The translations under genes and the position numbers were made by a program. The notes under the pieces are model-generated. The model worked only from the letters and a program-made list of their open reading frames with translations, ran no database searches and had not been told where the DNA came from. From a virus (taxonomy: Duplodnaviria; Caudoviricetes), in IMG/VR virus record IMGVR_UViG_3300032050_000002: 64,000 nt of DNA, one strand, 5' to 3'. Shown here one piece after another: positions 8,434-19,177 of the stretch (its first letter is position 1; each line of letters begins with the position of its first letter).

Positions 8434-10038
8434 TCAATTAATTCTAATATTTTGATTTAAAATTGTAATTTCCGCATTAGCCAATATCTCATCTATTTCA
8501 GTAGTTGTTTGTCCGTTTCCTGACGCGACAGGAACTGGTGCTTGTGTTGAAATTGGATGTACGTGACCTTTTATATAAGATACTATTTTTCGTAACAACT
8601 CTATTAATTCATCACCCCTAACAACTGAATATGTTTTTGACTCAATACGACCCTTACCTATAAAATTTTCAGGTTCAAGACCATATAATGTATCTGATAA
8701 TAATTCAACCTCTCCTTTTGGAGCTCCAGTAGTTTTATGAGTTAAGAAATATAATTTATCAGCTCCCATGACCCCATATGTTGTTGGATTCTGAGAATAA
8801 AGTAATGATGCGTTTTCTTCTTGAATTATACCGTAAGTTGGTCCAATAACCGCTTGTCCTGATTGGTTTGAAGATACTATAAAAAAACCTTTAACATTTT
8901 CATCATAATTTACTTGTATCCCGTCAAACAATGTTTTGTAATTTTTTCTAATACTTCTACTAACAGGGTTTTCAGTATTACCGGTAAATGACCCACCTTT
9001 TTCATATGAAATTTTTGATGGAGTTACTACAAAAGGAAATACTTGTGAAGACTCAAAATTTTTAGAACTGTTAATGGTATATCCGGGTATCTCAACTTTA
9101 CCCGTAAATAATGATTGGATAATTTGATTAGTTAAATTTTGTATGTCATTTATAGACTTGTTTTTAAATACAAACTCTTCAATCGGTCCTTGATAATTTG
9201 TACCGATTGTTAGTTCTTTAATAGTACCTAATTTAAAATTTTGAGTATTAACTAACGGAGAACTATTTGGAATTACGTTATAAATTCCAATAGAACCATT
9301 AAATTGGTCACTATTGTTTTCTAAATTATCAACATTCCATATTAATATTTTTTTAGAATCAATTAAAGTGTAATCAAATTTAGATATCACCTCTATTTCA
9401 TCTTCCGTTAATGTTTTTGTAAAGTTTGATAATTGTATAAACGACCTAAATTGATTTCTTTCTGGTGCAACACCGATTTTTAAATTTGAAGTATTTGTTT
9501 TTCCCGCCCTAATTAAAACTGTTTCAGGTTTTAATACTATATCAGTACTACCTCTACCTAAAAAACTATTATCACCGGGTTTTGGAAATATTCCTGCACT
9601 ACCTGTATAATTTGTAATATTATCGGTTTGTTTATATTGATTACCTGTTGATAGTTGTTGTTGTGCGGAATTAAAATCTTCTTTTACCAAATATCTTGGG
9701 TCTGAAAATGGTCCTTGAATATAAAAACGATTTCCATCTTTATAATTTTTGTCATAATATAAAATATGAACATACTCACCAACTAAAGGGGTTTGATATA
9801 AATAGAATGGTAATAAAGGTAAAAATAAAATTGGGTCTCTATTTGTCCAAGCGTCTACGGTTTCATTCCATCCTGGAATTGACTCCGTTATTTTACTATA
9901 ACTAACATCTTGGTCTGGTAAAACTCTTAATCTACCTAAATTTTTTGGGTCGTTATTGTCAAAAACTTTTCCAGGAAATATAATCTTGGTTAATTGTATT
10001 TCATCAGCGTTCCTTAAAAAATCGTCTTTAAAACTCAT
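8434..10038 (-). CDS. baseplate hub/spike protein, T4 gp5-like N-terminal OB fold
   Basis: IFPGKVFDNNDPKNLGRLRV and LYQTPLVGEYVHILY resemble the gp5/VgrG OB fold; C-terminal GHVHP His pair typical of metal-binding spike tips. Confidence 0.65.
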   Translation of the reverse strand: MSFKDDFLRNADEIQLTKIIFPGKVFDNNDPKNLGRLRVLPDQDVSYSKITESIPGWNETVDAWTNRDPILFLPLLPFYLYQTPLVGEYVHILYYDKNYKDGNRFYIQGPFSDPRYLVKEDFNSAQQQLSTGNQYKQTDNITNYTGSAGIFPKPGDNSFLGRGSTDIVLKPETVLIRAGKTNTSNLKIGVAPERNQFRSFIQLSNFTKTLTEDEIEVISKFDYTLIDSKKILIWNVDNLENNSDQFNGSIGIYNVIPNSSPLVNTQNFKLGTIKELTIGTNYQGPIEEFVFKNKSINDIQNLTNQIIQSLFTGKVEIPGYTINSSKNFESSQVFPFVVTPSKISYEKGGSFTGNTENPVSRSIRKNYKTLFDGIQVNYDENVKGFFIVSSNQSGQAVIGPTYGIIQEENASLLYSQNPTTYGVMGADKLYFLTHKTTGAPKGEVELLSDTLYGLEPENFIGKGRIESKTYSVVRGDELIELLRKIVSYIKGHVHPISTQAPVPVASGNGQTTTEIDEILANAEITILNQNIRIN

Positions 10039-10280
10039 AATTGTTTTTTATTATTTCTATTTTCGTATTCGTTTAATATTAAATTATAAGTGTTTTCTAA
10101 GTTATCTAAATGATGTGTTAATTTTATTAAAGTTTCTTTAGTTTTTTCAAAATCTTCTTTAATAAAATCCATTGCAAATACTAAATCTTTATTTGAATGT
10201 GATTTATATTCGCTTGTAATTTTTAAAATTTTTTCTACGGTCTCTTTCTTATTCATATTAAAATTTTTTACCGAACGCAC
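10035..10280 (-). CDS. hypothetical coiled-coil protein
   Basis: 81-aa ORF overlapping neighbours in an operon. Confidence 0.65.
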   Translation of the reverse strand: MRSVKNFNMNKKETVEKILKITSEYKSHSNKDLVFAMDFIKEDFEKTKETLIKLTHHLDNLENTYNLILNEYENRNNKKQL

Positions 10281-12282
10281 TTGCTGGTATAGTTACACCC
10301 GCAGGTGTTATTGCTAATGAACCTATCGCAATTTGTACTTTATTATTTTCCGCGTCTTCCTCAGATACTGCCTTTATTTGTGCAAATCTTGACAACATTT
10401 CTAAATTAGGACTTCCATCGGGTAATGGTCCTGTAGGCACTCCTATCCTTTGTAATTCTTCTATAACCCCTAAAAACGCTCTTGACTCTGAAAACCCATC
10501 CAATAGTTCACACGCGAATAACAATGGTAAAGGTAATTTTTGTTGAGCACCACTTGAAGTTATGAACGTAGATGCTGCCCTAAGTAATCTTAAAATCTCA
10601 TTAATAACACTTTTACATTTTCTCCAATCATCAATAAATTGAGCTGCAGCTATTAAAATATTGGTTAATTTTAAAATCATTGTTAATTTTTTATTTGTCT
10701 TTTCTTTTGACACATCTAAAATTACTTGTTGAATAAGATTTTTTATATCTTTTTTTAGAAGTTCAAACAACTCTTCAATTAATAAAGCGTTAACTTTGGA
10801 CACTAAATTTATCACAAATTTTTTAAAGAATTTAACAAATAATTCATAACTATTTATTAAATCTAGACCTGTTTTACCTAATGCCTCAAACATGGTATAT
10901 ATTGGTAATAATACTTTTGGACTTAATAATGAAAAAATTAATCCTTTTACTAAAGAATTAATAAAATCCCAATCAACGGCAAAACTTATTTGAGCGTCAA
11001 CACCTAATCCTTCAATATTTGAATTCTCTAATAAAGCGTTTGTAACTTCTTCAGGTTTATTAATCGCAACATTATTATCTACCAAAGTTAAATTGTTTAA
11101 CGCGCTTAAAACCGCGTCAGGATTTATTGGTATTTTAACATTATCACATTGTAAAAATTCAATAACTCCATTTTTAATATTGGTTACTTTTTGGTCAATT
11201 TCTCGTAAATCAACACTATCTAACTCAAAAAAAGTATCATCAACATTTCCTGTTTCACCTAATTTAGAAATTCCACTAACGTCAATCTCTTCTTTATTAT
11301 CAAAACATAAACCCAGTATTCTTAATAAGATTCTTTCAAAGAAACCAGCATCTTTTAAAAAAGAAACACTATAATCAATATTCATAGAAATAGCCCCACT
11401 CATCGCGTTTATAACATTGGCGAATACGTTATGTAAATCAAATAATTTTATTGATTTATAGTAATCATTAATAAATTCAACAACTGAAGTCGAATCATTT
11501 GCTCTATTTGATAAGGTAACTTTATACCAACCCCCACCAACACCTGTAACAGGATGATTTTCAAAAAATTGTATGTTAAATAAATCTTGACCTGACGCTC
11601 CTTTATAATTTTGACCATACTGTCCATTATATGAATTTGATGGCGATTGTATTCTTTGATATAGTTCTCTATTCATTGAGAATGGAAAATCTTGTATTAC
11701 AATTGGGTTTTTTTCGTATAATAATTTTCCCGCATCAGATTCGGGTTCCAATTTTAATAAATTGGCTAAATCAATTGATTTTACTTTTATATAAATTGAT
11801 AGTCCTTGGGTATAAGTTTGTTGTTGGTCACAACCTATAACTTTTATTATTTCTTTATTTAATATCTCAGATATTTTTGGTTCTATGTTTTTTAATGCTA
11901 AAGTTAGTTTACTCTTAACATATTTTACAGTATTAAGATTATTTATTCTATTTTTGGTGTCCTTTAAATTATTAACTTTAGAATTTAATTTATCTTTTTT
12001 TGATTTTAGATTTTCAGTTCTATCATTATAATCAGAAGAACTAATTTGCAACATTTCCAAAAGTTGCTCAAACTGACTTTTTACTTCTTTATTTGCGTAT
12101 TTTTTACCGTTTTTTTGAAAATCATCTAATCCCTTATTAACTTTACTATTAGACTTTTCAAAAGAGTCTCCCGCCTTTTTTTTAACCTGACTATATTGAG
12201 TTTTTAAATCATTATAAGTCTTGATACTTTTAATTCTATCTTTAATTTTTACATAGTCTGACTGATTATCAATAGATGCCAT
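10258..12282 (-). CDS. large hypothetical protein
   Basis: 674-aa ORF, coiled-coil N-terminus, helical C-terminus; in the baseplate operon. Confidence 0.75.
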   Translation of the reverse strand: MASIDNQSDYVKIKDRIKSIKTYNDLKTQYSQVKKKAGDSFEKSNSKVNKGLDDFQKNGKKYANKEVKSQFEQLLEMLQISSSDYNDRTENLKSKKDKLNSKVNNLKDTKNRINNLNTVKYVKSKLTLALKNIEPKISEILNKEIIKVIGCDQQQTYTQGLSIYIKVKSIDLANLLKLEPESDAGKLLYEKNPIVIQDFPFSMNRELYQRIQSPSNSYNGQYGQNYKGASGQDLFNIQFFENHPVTGVGGGWYKVTLSNRANDSTSVVEFINDYYKSIKLFDLHNVFANVINAMSGAISMNIDYSVSFLKDAGFFERILLRILGLCFDNKEEIDVSGISKLGETGNVDDTFFELDSVDLREIDQKVTNIKNGVIEFLQCDNVKIPINPDAVLSALNNLTLVDNNVAINKPEEVTNALLENSNIEGLGVDAQISFAVDWDFINSLVKGLIFSLLSPKVLLPIYTMFEALGKTGLDLINSYELFVKFFKKFVINLVSKVNALLIEELFELLKKDIKNLIQQVILDVSKEKTNKKLTMILKLTNILIAAAQFIDDWRKCKSVINEILRLLRAASTFITSSGAQQKLPLPLLFACELLDGFSESRAFLGVIEELQRIGVPTGPLPDGSPNLEMLSRFAQIKAVSEEDAENNKVQIAIGSLAITPAGVTIPASAFGKKF

Positions 12283-12656
12283 TATTTTTTCATTTTATAA
12301 GGTTCATCAGTTTTTGATACATCTTTTTGAATTAAATTGGTTAATATAGTATCGTCAACATCTAAGTCAGACAAAGAAAAGGCTTCTTGAGTTGAATTTG
12401 ATTTTTCCCAAATACTTGATTGTAATTTTGATAAAGATAATTTTTTCTCAACACAATCGTTAATTATTTTTTGTTGTTCTTTAATTATAGGACCAAGTAC
12501 TGTCATGTCTTCGGTTTCTTTCATCATTGCTAACATTTTATTTTGAATCCTAATGGCAGTACTTCTCTGTTCTACAAGCTCATTATAAATTTCTTGCATT
12601 AAAGAAAGAATTGATTCTTTCGTTAAATTAATTTCTTTTTTTACCGGTCTTCCCAT
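12282..12656 (-). CDS. hypothetical coiled-coil protein
   Basis: 124-aa ORF; AATATTTATA 4 nt upstream of ATG. Confidence 0.75.
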   Translation of the reverse strand: MGRPVKKEINLTKESILSLMQEIYNELVEQRSTAIRIQNKMLAMMKETEDMTVLGPIIKEQQKIINDCVEKKLSLSKLQSSIWEKSNSTQEAFSLSDLDVDDTILTNLIQKDVSKTDEPYKMKK

Positions 12657-12681
12657 AATTTATAAATATTTAGCGATTGTT

Positions 12682-13431
12682 TTATTTAACCATTGCTTGT
12701 ATTAATTTTGCGTACATTACTTTGTATTTTTTCATAGACCCTCTAATTTCTTTTGTTGATAGATTTGTCATATCTCTTAATGTTAGTAATATAATATTTT
12801 TATTAAATTTATTATTATCACTACCCACAAAAATTTGGTCGTAGTTCTCAAATATAGAGTGTAATGCGTATCCTAATTTAACTTCGTTTTCGGTGAGCTC
12901 AGGTTTTTTAACAAATTCATCTAATTCATTTAAAAATTTAAATATTATTTGTTCAGACTCTAAGTTGTCTTTATCTATTCTATATGAAAATTCAGGATTA
13001 TTTTCCAAATCAGATGAGATATCTTCATATGATATTTTTCGATTTATCTCTTTTTGGTCTTTAATAATTTGACCCATTAGATAGTTTTTACATATAGTTC
13101 CAAAATAAGAATATGCTTTTTTTTCTTTTGATGGTTTAAATTTATCAATTTTGGTCATCAAAAACGAGTGGGTGTCAATATGAATCTCGTAAAAATCCAT
13201 ATCTTTTCTATATAATTTATATCTTCTAATAATTGAAGATATCATTTTGTCTAAAGGTTTTTTTAGAAACTCATTATAAATCTTATTTTTTTCTTCGAAG
13301 GAATTGGCTTCTAAAAATTTTAGAACGGCCAATTCTTCTTTAACATCAAAATAATTTGTTTGAGTTGGTTTTCTACCTTTCTTCTTTACTTCCGCATTCG
13401 TACTTCCAGTTAAATTTGGAGATTCGGTCAT
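12682..13431 (-). CDS. phage sigma factor, T4 gp55-like (late transcription)
   Basis: THSFLMTKIDKFKPSKEKKAYSYFGTICKNYL resembles sigma region 2 of gp55-like factors. Confidence 0.65.
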   Translation of the reverse strand: MTESPNLTGSTNAEVKKKGRKPTQTNYFDVKEELAVLKFLEANSFEEKNKIYNEFLKKPLDKMISSIIRRYKLYRKDMDFYEIHIDTHSFLMTKIDKFKPSKEKKAYSYFGTICKNYLMGQIIKDQKEINRKISYEDISSDLENNPEFSYRIDKDNLESEQIIFKFLNELDEFVKKPELTENEVKLGYALHSIFENYDQIFVGSDNNKFNKNIILLTLRDMTNLSTKEIRGSMKKYKVMYAKLIQAMVK

Positions 13432-14243
13432 TAATTAACTTCGGATTCATATTTTATGGCTCTATCATTAATAAAGAAATATTCTTTTTTAGCCGATTCA
13501 ATCCAAAAACGTACCTCATCGTCAGACAAAATAGAATCTCCATTTTTGTAATTCCAAAATATAGACCCTTCTCTAAGGTTAGTATGTTTATAACCAATCT
13601 TAGGTATTGTCATAATTTTTAACGAATTGTGAGTTAATCTTAAAAACATTTCATAACCAAAAGTTAATTTAAACGAACCTTTCAATCCTCCAAAATCAGT
13701 GAAAGATGATTTTTTAATCACCATACCTGATGGTTGAAAATTTTGATATGTTTGTAAAGTATCATTACTTAAAATTCCCATTTCAGAAGAAATATTAAGA
13801 GCGAATGTTGCTTCATTTGTAAAACCCGCAAAACTACCTTTTTCGTCAGTATCAACAACTATTGGTAGAAAGGCATCAACTTCAGGATAAACTTCTTCAT
13901 ATTTTTTAACTGATTTAAACCATATGTTAGAGTATTCATCGTCAAATTCAAAAATAGAAATCCATTTAGATTTTGAAATTCTAACTCCATAGTTTATTTG
14001 TTCTGAAAAATTAGGTTCTTTAGTCCAAGAATGTTTTACAACATTAAGGTCTCCAAAATCAAATCCATTTAGATACTCAACCAAAGAAGTTTCGTCTGTA
14101 TGAACAATTATTAATTCATTTATTTTTACTTTTTGTACCTTTAATGATTCGATACATTTTGTGAAATATTCTTCAAATCCTCTTGCTCCGATAGATTTAA
14201 TAGGTAATATTACCGATACGTCAAATTTTTCCATGTTATTCAA
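13431..14243 (-). CDS. glycosyltransferase family 2 (GT-A)
   Basis: VSVILPI...FSEQINYGVRISKSKWISIFEFDDEY; YEMFLRL. Confidence 0.75.
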   Translation of the reverse strand: MNNMEKFDVSVILPIKSIGARGFEEYFTKCIESLKVQKVKINELIIVHTDETSLVEYLNGFDFGDLNVVKHSWTKEPNFSEQINYGVRISKSKWISIFEFDDEYSNIWFKSVKKYEEVYPEVDAFLPIVVDTDEKGSFAGFTNEATFALNISSEMGILSNDTLQTYQNFQPSGMVIKKSSFTDFGGLKGSFKLTFGYEMFLRLTHNSLKIMTIPKIGYKHTNLREGSIFWNYKNGDSILSDDEVRFWIESAKKEYFFINDRAIKYESEVN

Positions 14244-15297
14244 TTGTTTCTAGTTTATTTAATTGTTCTTCAAAAGATACTAATCTTGTATTAATAAATT
14301 CTTCAAAAATAGATAAGGTTTTTTTATAAAAATCATCTTTAGTTAGTAATTCTGAAATTGTTTTTTTCATACCTTCATAAAGAGTTTCACTAACATTATC
14401 CTCCAACCAATTTTGTAAAAATTGAGATGTAAAATCAATTAATTGAAGTTTGTTATTTATCCAAAGACCATTATCTTCATTCATCCATTGAGGCACCATA
14501 CTAGGTACTAATCCTAAAACAGGAACTCCTGATTTCATAGATTCTAGTGGGAATGTTCCATAAGAACTTGTCTCATCAATCCATATTGATAAAAAACAAT
14601 CTTTAAAAGCGTTTGCAAATTCTTTCTCTGTTAAACCTCTCATATCTCTAAAAGTAATCCATCTATACTGAGGGTATTTAACGTAAAATGATTTAATAAA
14701 ATTTGCAGTATCTCTTTGTTCTCTTGAATGAATTGCGATTACAGGTTTTGCGGGATATTTTGTAGTTTCAAAATTTTCAGAAATAAAAGGAGGTAAAATA
14801 TCAAAAGAAACACCTCTCATAATTGTCTCAATATATTCTTTTTGTTTTTCAGATGTGGTAATACATTTATAAAAACCCAATTGAGTCCAAGTTTGTCCTG
14901 GCTGTAATGTTTCAAAAATATGGTCATACGCTTGAGATAAAACCACTTTCCCACAAGGAAGTTTTGTAATTTGGGGCATTACAAATCCAAATAATTCAGG
15001 AATTATAATAAAATCTTCGGGTGATACTTCTAAATTTTGACCCTCTATTGCTCTGTGGGGTAGTTTTTCCATATATTCTTTACCTAACCATCCAGCAACC
15101 CCAACGTAGTCTGGTTTTTCATGTAACATAATCGGATTAAATCCTCCACTCAGTAACGCCATTCCTAAATTGTAAATGTAAGAAATAGACGCTTTAGCAT
15201 TACCTTTAGTATCTTGAACTAAAAGATAAATTCTTGATTTTTTTTGTTTTAGGTTATCAATTGAACCCTCTAACTTTTTAATTTGCTCTTGTGTCAT
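14236..15297 (-). CDS. GT-B fold glycosyltransferase-like protein
   Basis: IIIPELF; C-terminal SSYGTFPLESMKSGVPVLG resembles the GT4 E-x7-E region. Confidence 0.6.
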   Translation of the reverse strand: MTQEQIKKLEGSIDNLKQKKSRIYLLVQDTKGNAKASISYIYNLGMALLSGGFNPIMLHEKPDYVGVAGWLGKEYMEKLPHRAIEGQNLEVSPEDFIIIPELFGFVMPQITKLPCGKVVLSQAYDHIFETLQPGQTWTQLGFYKCITTSEKQKEYIETIMRGVSFDILPPFISENFETTKYPAKPVIAIHSREQRDTANFIKSFYVKYPQYRWITFRDMRGLTEKEFANAFKDCFLSIWIDETSSYGTFPLESMKSGVPVLGLVPSMVPQWMNEDNGLWINNKLQLIDFTSQFLQNWLEDNVSETLYEGMKKTISELLTKDDFYKKTLSIFEEFINTRLVSFEEQLNKLETIE

Positions 15298-15298
15298 A

Positions 15299-15580
15299 TT
15301 AGTATTTGTTTATTAATTTTTTATTTAAAAGACTGTTAAATGCTAATTTAAATGGCATTGATAATCCATTACTTGATTTTAAACCGAGAGTTTCGTCAGT
15401 CTCAGCGTCTTCAGTTAAAATTGTTTCAGTTAATAATTTAACCATATCATATCTTACAACACTGATTGTGTTTTGAGGTGCAGTTTCTCCCGAAAATTCA
15501 TCCAATGGTGTGTCAACATTTATATATTCTTCAATCTTATCTAAATCAAAGTAATAGTGTTCTCCTAAAATTTTTAACAT
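15299..15580 (-). CDS. hypothetical protein
   Basis: 93-aa ORF in operon. Confidence 0.7.
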   Translation of the reverse strand: MLKILGEHYYFDLDKIEEYINVDTPLDEFSGETAPQNTISVVRYDMVKLLTETILTEDAETDETLGLKSSNGLSMPFKLAFNSLLNKKLINKY

Positions 15581-16176
15581 TATATTATTTGTTTTAATTT
15601 TTCCTCAAGCTCTTTTATCGTACTAATTGATAAATCACTTTCAGAATGTTTATTATAAACCGTATCAAATTTTATCACAATTTTATCTGACGGATATTCT
15701 AATAATAAGGCGGGATTTGCGGTAAGTAAAACGTCAATTTCATCCCACATTGAATTAATTGTATAATTACTATAAAATTTTACTTTTTCAAATTGACAAC
15801 CAAACTTAGATAAGAAAAAAAGAGTTGATGGTTTTGATTTACCAATCTCATCTGACACAATAATTAATTCGTGGTCTTCCCTTAATTTTAAATAAACTTC
15901 ATTTAAATCATTAAATGTGTTATATTCTGTTGATTGTGCGTGACCAAATATTTCCATTGGAAATTCTTCATAAAGAAATGAGTATAATTCTTCTTCATTT
16001 TGAAATTTTAAGTGGTCGGATAAATTTAAGGACTCTACAGGTAAAATCATTTCATATTTAAATTCACCGTTGTCTTCAATACCTTCAGTTTTATCAATTA
16101 AAAATTTTTGATAAGTTTGAGTAATTTTATCAATGGTATTTCGTAAAACCCCATTAACTTCAATACCTATTCTCAT
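15580..16176 (-). CDS. HAD-superfamily 5'(3')-nucleotidase-like protein with degenerate motif I
   Basis: MRIGIEVNGVLRN aligns to RIGIDxDGVL; IIVS; YNKH near C-terminus. Confidence 0.55.
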   Translation of the reverse strand: MRIGIEVNGVLRNTIDKITQTYQKFLIDKTEGIEDNGEFKYEMILPVESLNLSDHLKFQNEEELYSFLYEEFPMEIFGHAQSTEYNTFNDLNEVYLKLREDHELIIVSDEIGKSKPSTLFFLSKFGCQFEKVKFYSNYTINSMWDEIDVLLTANPALLLEYPSDKIVIKFDTVYNKHSESDLSISTIKELEEKLKQII

Positions 16177-16898
16177 TCTTCGTATTGTTTTAATATTTTG
16201 CTAATAAGTGGATTTCTAACAATATCTTTATCTTCAAACTCAAAAACACCAACGTCATCAATGTTTTTAAATTTCTGTAAAGCATCCCATAATCCACTTT
16301 GCTTTTTGTCTTTATATCTGTCGGTTTGTTCTAAATCTCCAGATATAAAAAATTTACTATTAAAACCAATTCTTGTCAATAGAAGTTTCATTTGATTTGG
16401 GGTAGAATTTTGAGCTTCTTCAAATATTAAAATTGAGTTGTCTATATTCATACCTCTCATATATGCCAATGCAAATACTTCAATAATGTCATTTTCTTTT
16501 AATTTTTCTCTAGCCTCTTTACCGATAATTTTATTTATTAGGTAATAAGAAGGGAAAATATATGGGTCTAATTTTTCTTCCATATTTCCCGGTAACGAGC
16601 CAAGTTTTTCTTCGGCCTCAACTGCGGGTCTAACAATAATAATTTTTTCATAATTGTTATTAGGGTCGGCAAGTAAATCTAAAGCCGCCTTCATCGCAAT
16701 ATAACTTTTACCAACACCCGCAGGTCCTGAACAAATTGTTATTTGATTGTTTGTTAGAAGATTATAATATTTTTTTTGATTTTCGGATAAGAATTTTTCT
16801 TTTGATTTTTTCTTTATTACCTCAAGTATAAATTCTTTTTTTGTTTTATACTTAATTTGTGGTTCTGTATTTTGTGTTGATTTTTTTCTTTTTTCCAT
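16173..16898 (-). CDS. phoH: PhoH family ATPase
   Basis: GPAGVGKS Walker A, RPAVEAEEKLGSLPG, YMRGMN, IFEEAQN, GDLEQTD, DIVRNPLI. Confidence 0.95.
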   Translation of the reverse strand: MEKRKKSTQNTEPQIKYKTKKEFILEVIKKKSKEKFLSENQKKYYNLLTNNQITICSGPAGVGKSYIAMKAALDLLADPNNNYEKIIIVRPAVEAEEKLGSLPGNMEEKLDPYIFPSYYLINKIIGKEAREKLKENDIIEVFALAYMRGMNIDNSILIFEEAQNSTPNQMKLLLTRIGFNSKFFISGDLEQTDRYKDKKQSGLWDALQKFKNIDDVGVFEFEDKDIVRNPLISKILKQYEE

Positions 16899-17549
16899 TT
16901 ATAGTTTTTGTTTATTTTTTAAATTATTTATTTTTTTAAAAACTTCTTTATTATTTATTTCTTTTTTCCATCTATCGTCTTTAGAAATTTTATTATAATA
17001 TGAAATAGTGTTATTCCATATTGCACATTTTTTATCATAGAATTCATATACTGAATTCCAAAAAAGAAAATCTTCTCTATTCACCCCTTCAAGGTAGAAA
17101 TTTGGCTTTTTACATTCTTTTAAACATTCATAATGAGATAACACATTTCCGGTATCAATAAAATTAAATTTTGGGGGACTTGCAATTAATCTTAATCTTC
17201 CGTCAGGATTAATTTGCTCCCCAATTAACATACCTTTAAAATTATTTTCTTCACATTCTTTATACTTTATATACATGTTTTCATGTAATAAAGTATCGTC
17301 ATCTAATATACAAAAATAACCATTATTTATTTTTGATAGAGCGTAATTTATTTTTGATACTTCATCAGTATCTTCACAATCAACATTGTATAATCTAACT
17401 CTTTTGTCATTTTTAATAAATTCTAAATCAATATCTTCTCTCTTATTTGACTTAGAAATATGCCAAGTGATGTCTTCATTAATTAAAATAGAATTATAAA
17501 TTGTTTCTAAATTTTCAAATCTATATAGTGCAGTTACAATATTTAACAT
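16899..17549 (-). CDS. GT-A (GT2-like) glycosyltransferase
   Basis: IVTALYR; YFCILDDDT; FIDTGN; EDFLF. Confidence 0.65.
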   Translation of the reverse strand: MLNIVTALYRFENLETIYNSILINEDITWHISKSNKREDIDLEFIKNDKRVRLYNVDCEDTDEVSKINYALSKINNGYFCILDDDTLLHENMYIKYKECEENNFKGMLIGEQINPDGRLRLIASPPKFNFIDTGNVLSHYECLKECKKPNFYLEGVNREDFLFWNSVYEFYDKKCAIWNNTISYYNKISKDDRWKKEINNKEVFKKINNLKNKQKL

Positions 17550-17980
17550 TATTTAGTTTTAACAAATTTATACCAAACTCTTTCGTGTATAAAATACAAA
17601 ATCATTTTAGTTATGACCTCAGTTCCTCCTATTGCTAAACCTATTTTTAAATTACCTGTAAGTAACCAACTTATTAATGTCGTATCAATAGTACCAACAA
17701 TTCTCCAAGTTATTGTTTTTGCTAAATGTCTTGCTATAGTATTTTCTTTTTTTTCAGTCTTAATATGTGCAACATTATTTTCTAATTTTAGAACACCTTT
17801 ACAACTGATATGCCATTTATAATCATTTATTTCCAGAATCCAATCTTTTGTAGTGTACGTATTTCCATCAATAATAACGTCAGAAACTAAAATTTCGTTA
17901 CCATTTTCAAGTAATCTCCATCTTTCATTATCTTTAGTTGAATTAGTATTGTATCTAATTTGATATATTTTATTTTCCAT
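17549..17980 (-). CDS. DUF2061-like membrane domain fused to an unknown N-terminal domain
   Basis: RHLAKTITWRIVGTIDT...TEVITKMILYFIHERVW. Confidence 0.75.
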   Translation of the reverse strand: MENKIYQIRYNTNSTKDNERWRLLENGNEILVSDVIIDGNTYTTKDWILEINDYKWHISCKGVLKLENNVAHIKTEKKENTIARHLAKTITWRIVGTIDTTLISWLLTGNLKIGLAIGGTEVITKMILYFIHERVWYKFVKTK

Positions 17981-17983
17981 TTA

Positions 17984-18565
17984 TTATTTCAAGTTTAATT
18001 TATCATAAATAAAATGTGTGCAATCGTCAATTGAGTGTGATTTAGTTTTAACTCTTATTCTTGGATTTATTGGTTCTTCATAAGGAGAATCAATACCAGT
18101 AAACATTTTAATTTGACCCGCCCTTGCCTTTTTATAAAGACCTTTAGGGTCTCTATTTTCACAAACATCTAAAGGAGTATCTACAAAAACTTCTATAAAA
18201 TTTTCTTCACCAATTATTTTTTTGGATTCTTCTCTTTCATTAATAAATGGAGATATAAATGCGGTTATAACTATAAGTCCGGCATCGTTCATTAATTTAG
18301 AAATTTCGGCAATTCTTCTAATGTTTTCTTTTCTATCAGAATCTGAAAACCCCAAATCTTTATTTATCCCTAACCTAATATTATCACCATCTAAAATATA
18401 AGATAGTTTTCCTTTTTCATGTAATAAAATTGATAATTGATTTGCAATGGTTGATTTACCACTGCCAGATAAACCAGTCAACCAAACAACAAATGATTTT
18501 TGATTTAATAATTTTTCTCTATCCGATTTAGAAATTAATAACGTTTGTTTAAATATATTTTCCAT
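17984..18565 (-). CDS. cysC: adenylyl-sulfate (APS) kinase
   Basis: VWLTGLSGSGKSTIA, LDGDNIRLG, RKENIRRIAE, RDPKGLYKKARAG, FTGIDSPYEEP. Confidence 0.95.
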   Translation of the reverse strand: MENIFKQTLLISKSDREKLLNQKSFVVWLTGLSGSGKSTIANQLSILLHEKGKLSYILDGDNIRLGINKDLGFSDSDRKENIRRIAEISKLMNDAGLIVITAFISPFINEREESKKIIGEENFIEVFVDTPLDVCENRDPKGLYKKARAGQIKMFTGIDSPYEEPINPRIRVKTKSHSIDDCTHFIYDKLNLK

Positions 18566-18574
18566 TAAATAATA

Positions 18575-19177
18575 TTAGAACTCATATCCAAAATAATCAA
18601 TATCTCTTTTATACATATGATAAACTTTTTCGGCATCTGAGTCGCTATAGTAAGTTCTATAATGGTCGTGGTTAAATTTATTCCTACACTCTAAGTCTAA
18701 ACTAATATTTAGTTTGGTTGAAATGTTTCTATAATCATCATTAATATTTTCGTACCTACCAATGAAGTCAACATTTATATTTCCTTCTTTGTTTGTGAGA
18801 TAATCAAGTTGATTAAATGATATTGATTTTGGGTAATACTCTCCATTTGGATTGTCATGTCCGATTTTTTCTACAATAATTTCTGTAAGATTTAAAAATT
18901 CACTAAAATTTTTTGAATTGTTTAAAACATATTTTGAAAAGTCGTTGGAAACCTTTAAATTCAAAAACATGTTATACCAAGAAACTAATCTATCCCAAGG
19001 ATTCCTAACAAAAGAAAATTTAAAATAATTTTTATATTCATTTTCTAATTCAGTTATAAATGAATGTTTGTTTTTATATTTTATCCCCCCTGACTTTAAC
19101 ATATTTATACTTATAGATGTTCCGGCTGTTTTATGTATATGAACAAACACATATTTTTTATTATGATTAATAATCAT
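18575..19177 (-). CDS. sulfotransferase (Sulfotransfer_2-like)
   Basis: FVHIHKTAGTS 5'-PSB loop, FVRNPWDRLVSWY 3'-PB motif, GRYENI, YKRDIDYFGYEF. Confidence 0.88.
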   Translation of the reverse strand: MIINHNKKYVFVHIHKTAGTSISINMLKSGGIKYKNKHSFITELENEYKNYFKFSFVRNPWDRLVSWYNMFLNLKVSNDFSKYVLNNSKNFSEFLNLTEIIVEKIGHDNPNGEYYPKSISFNQLDYLTNKEGNINVDFIGRYENINDDYRNISTKLNISLDLECRNKFNHDHYRTYYSDSDAEKVYHMYKRDIDYFGYEF

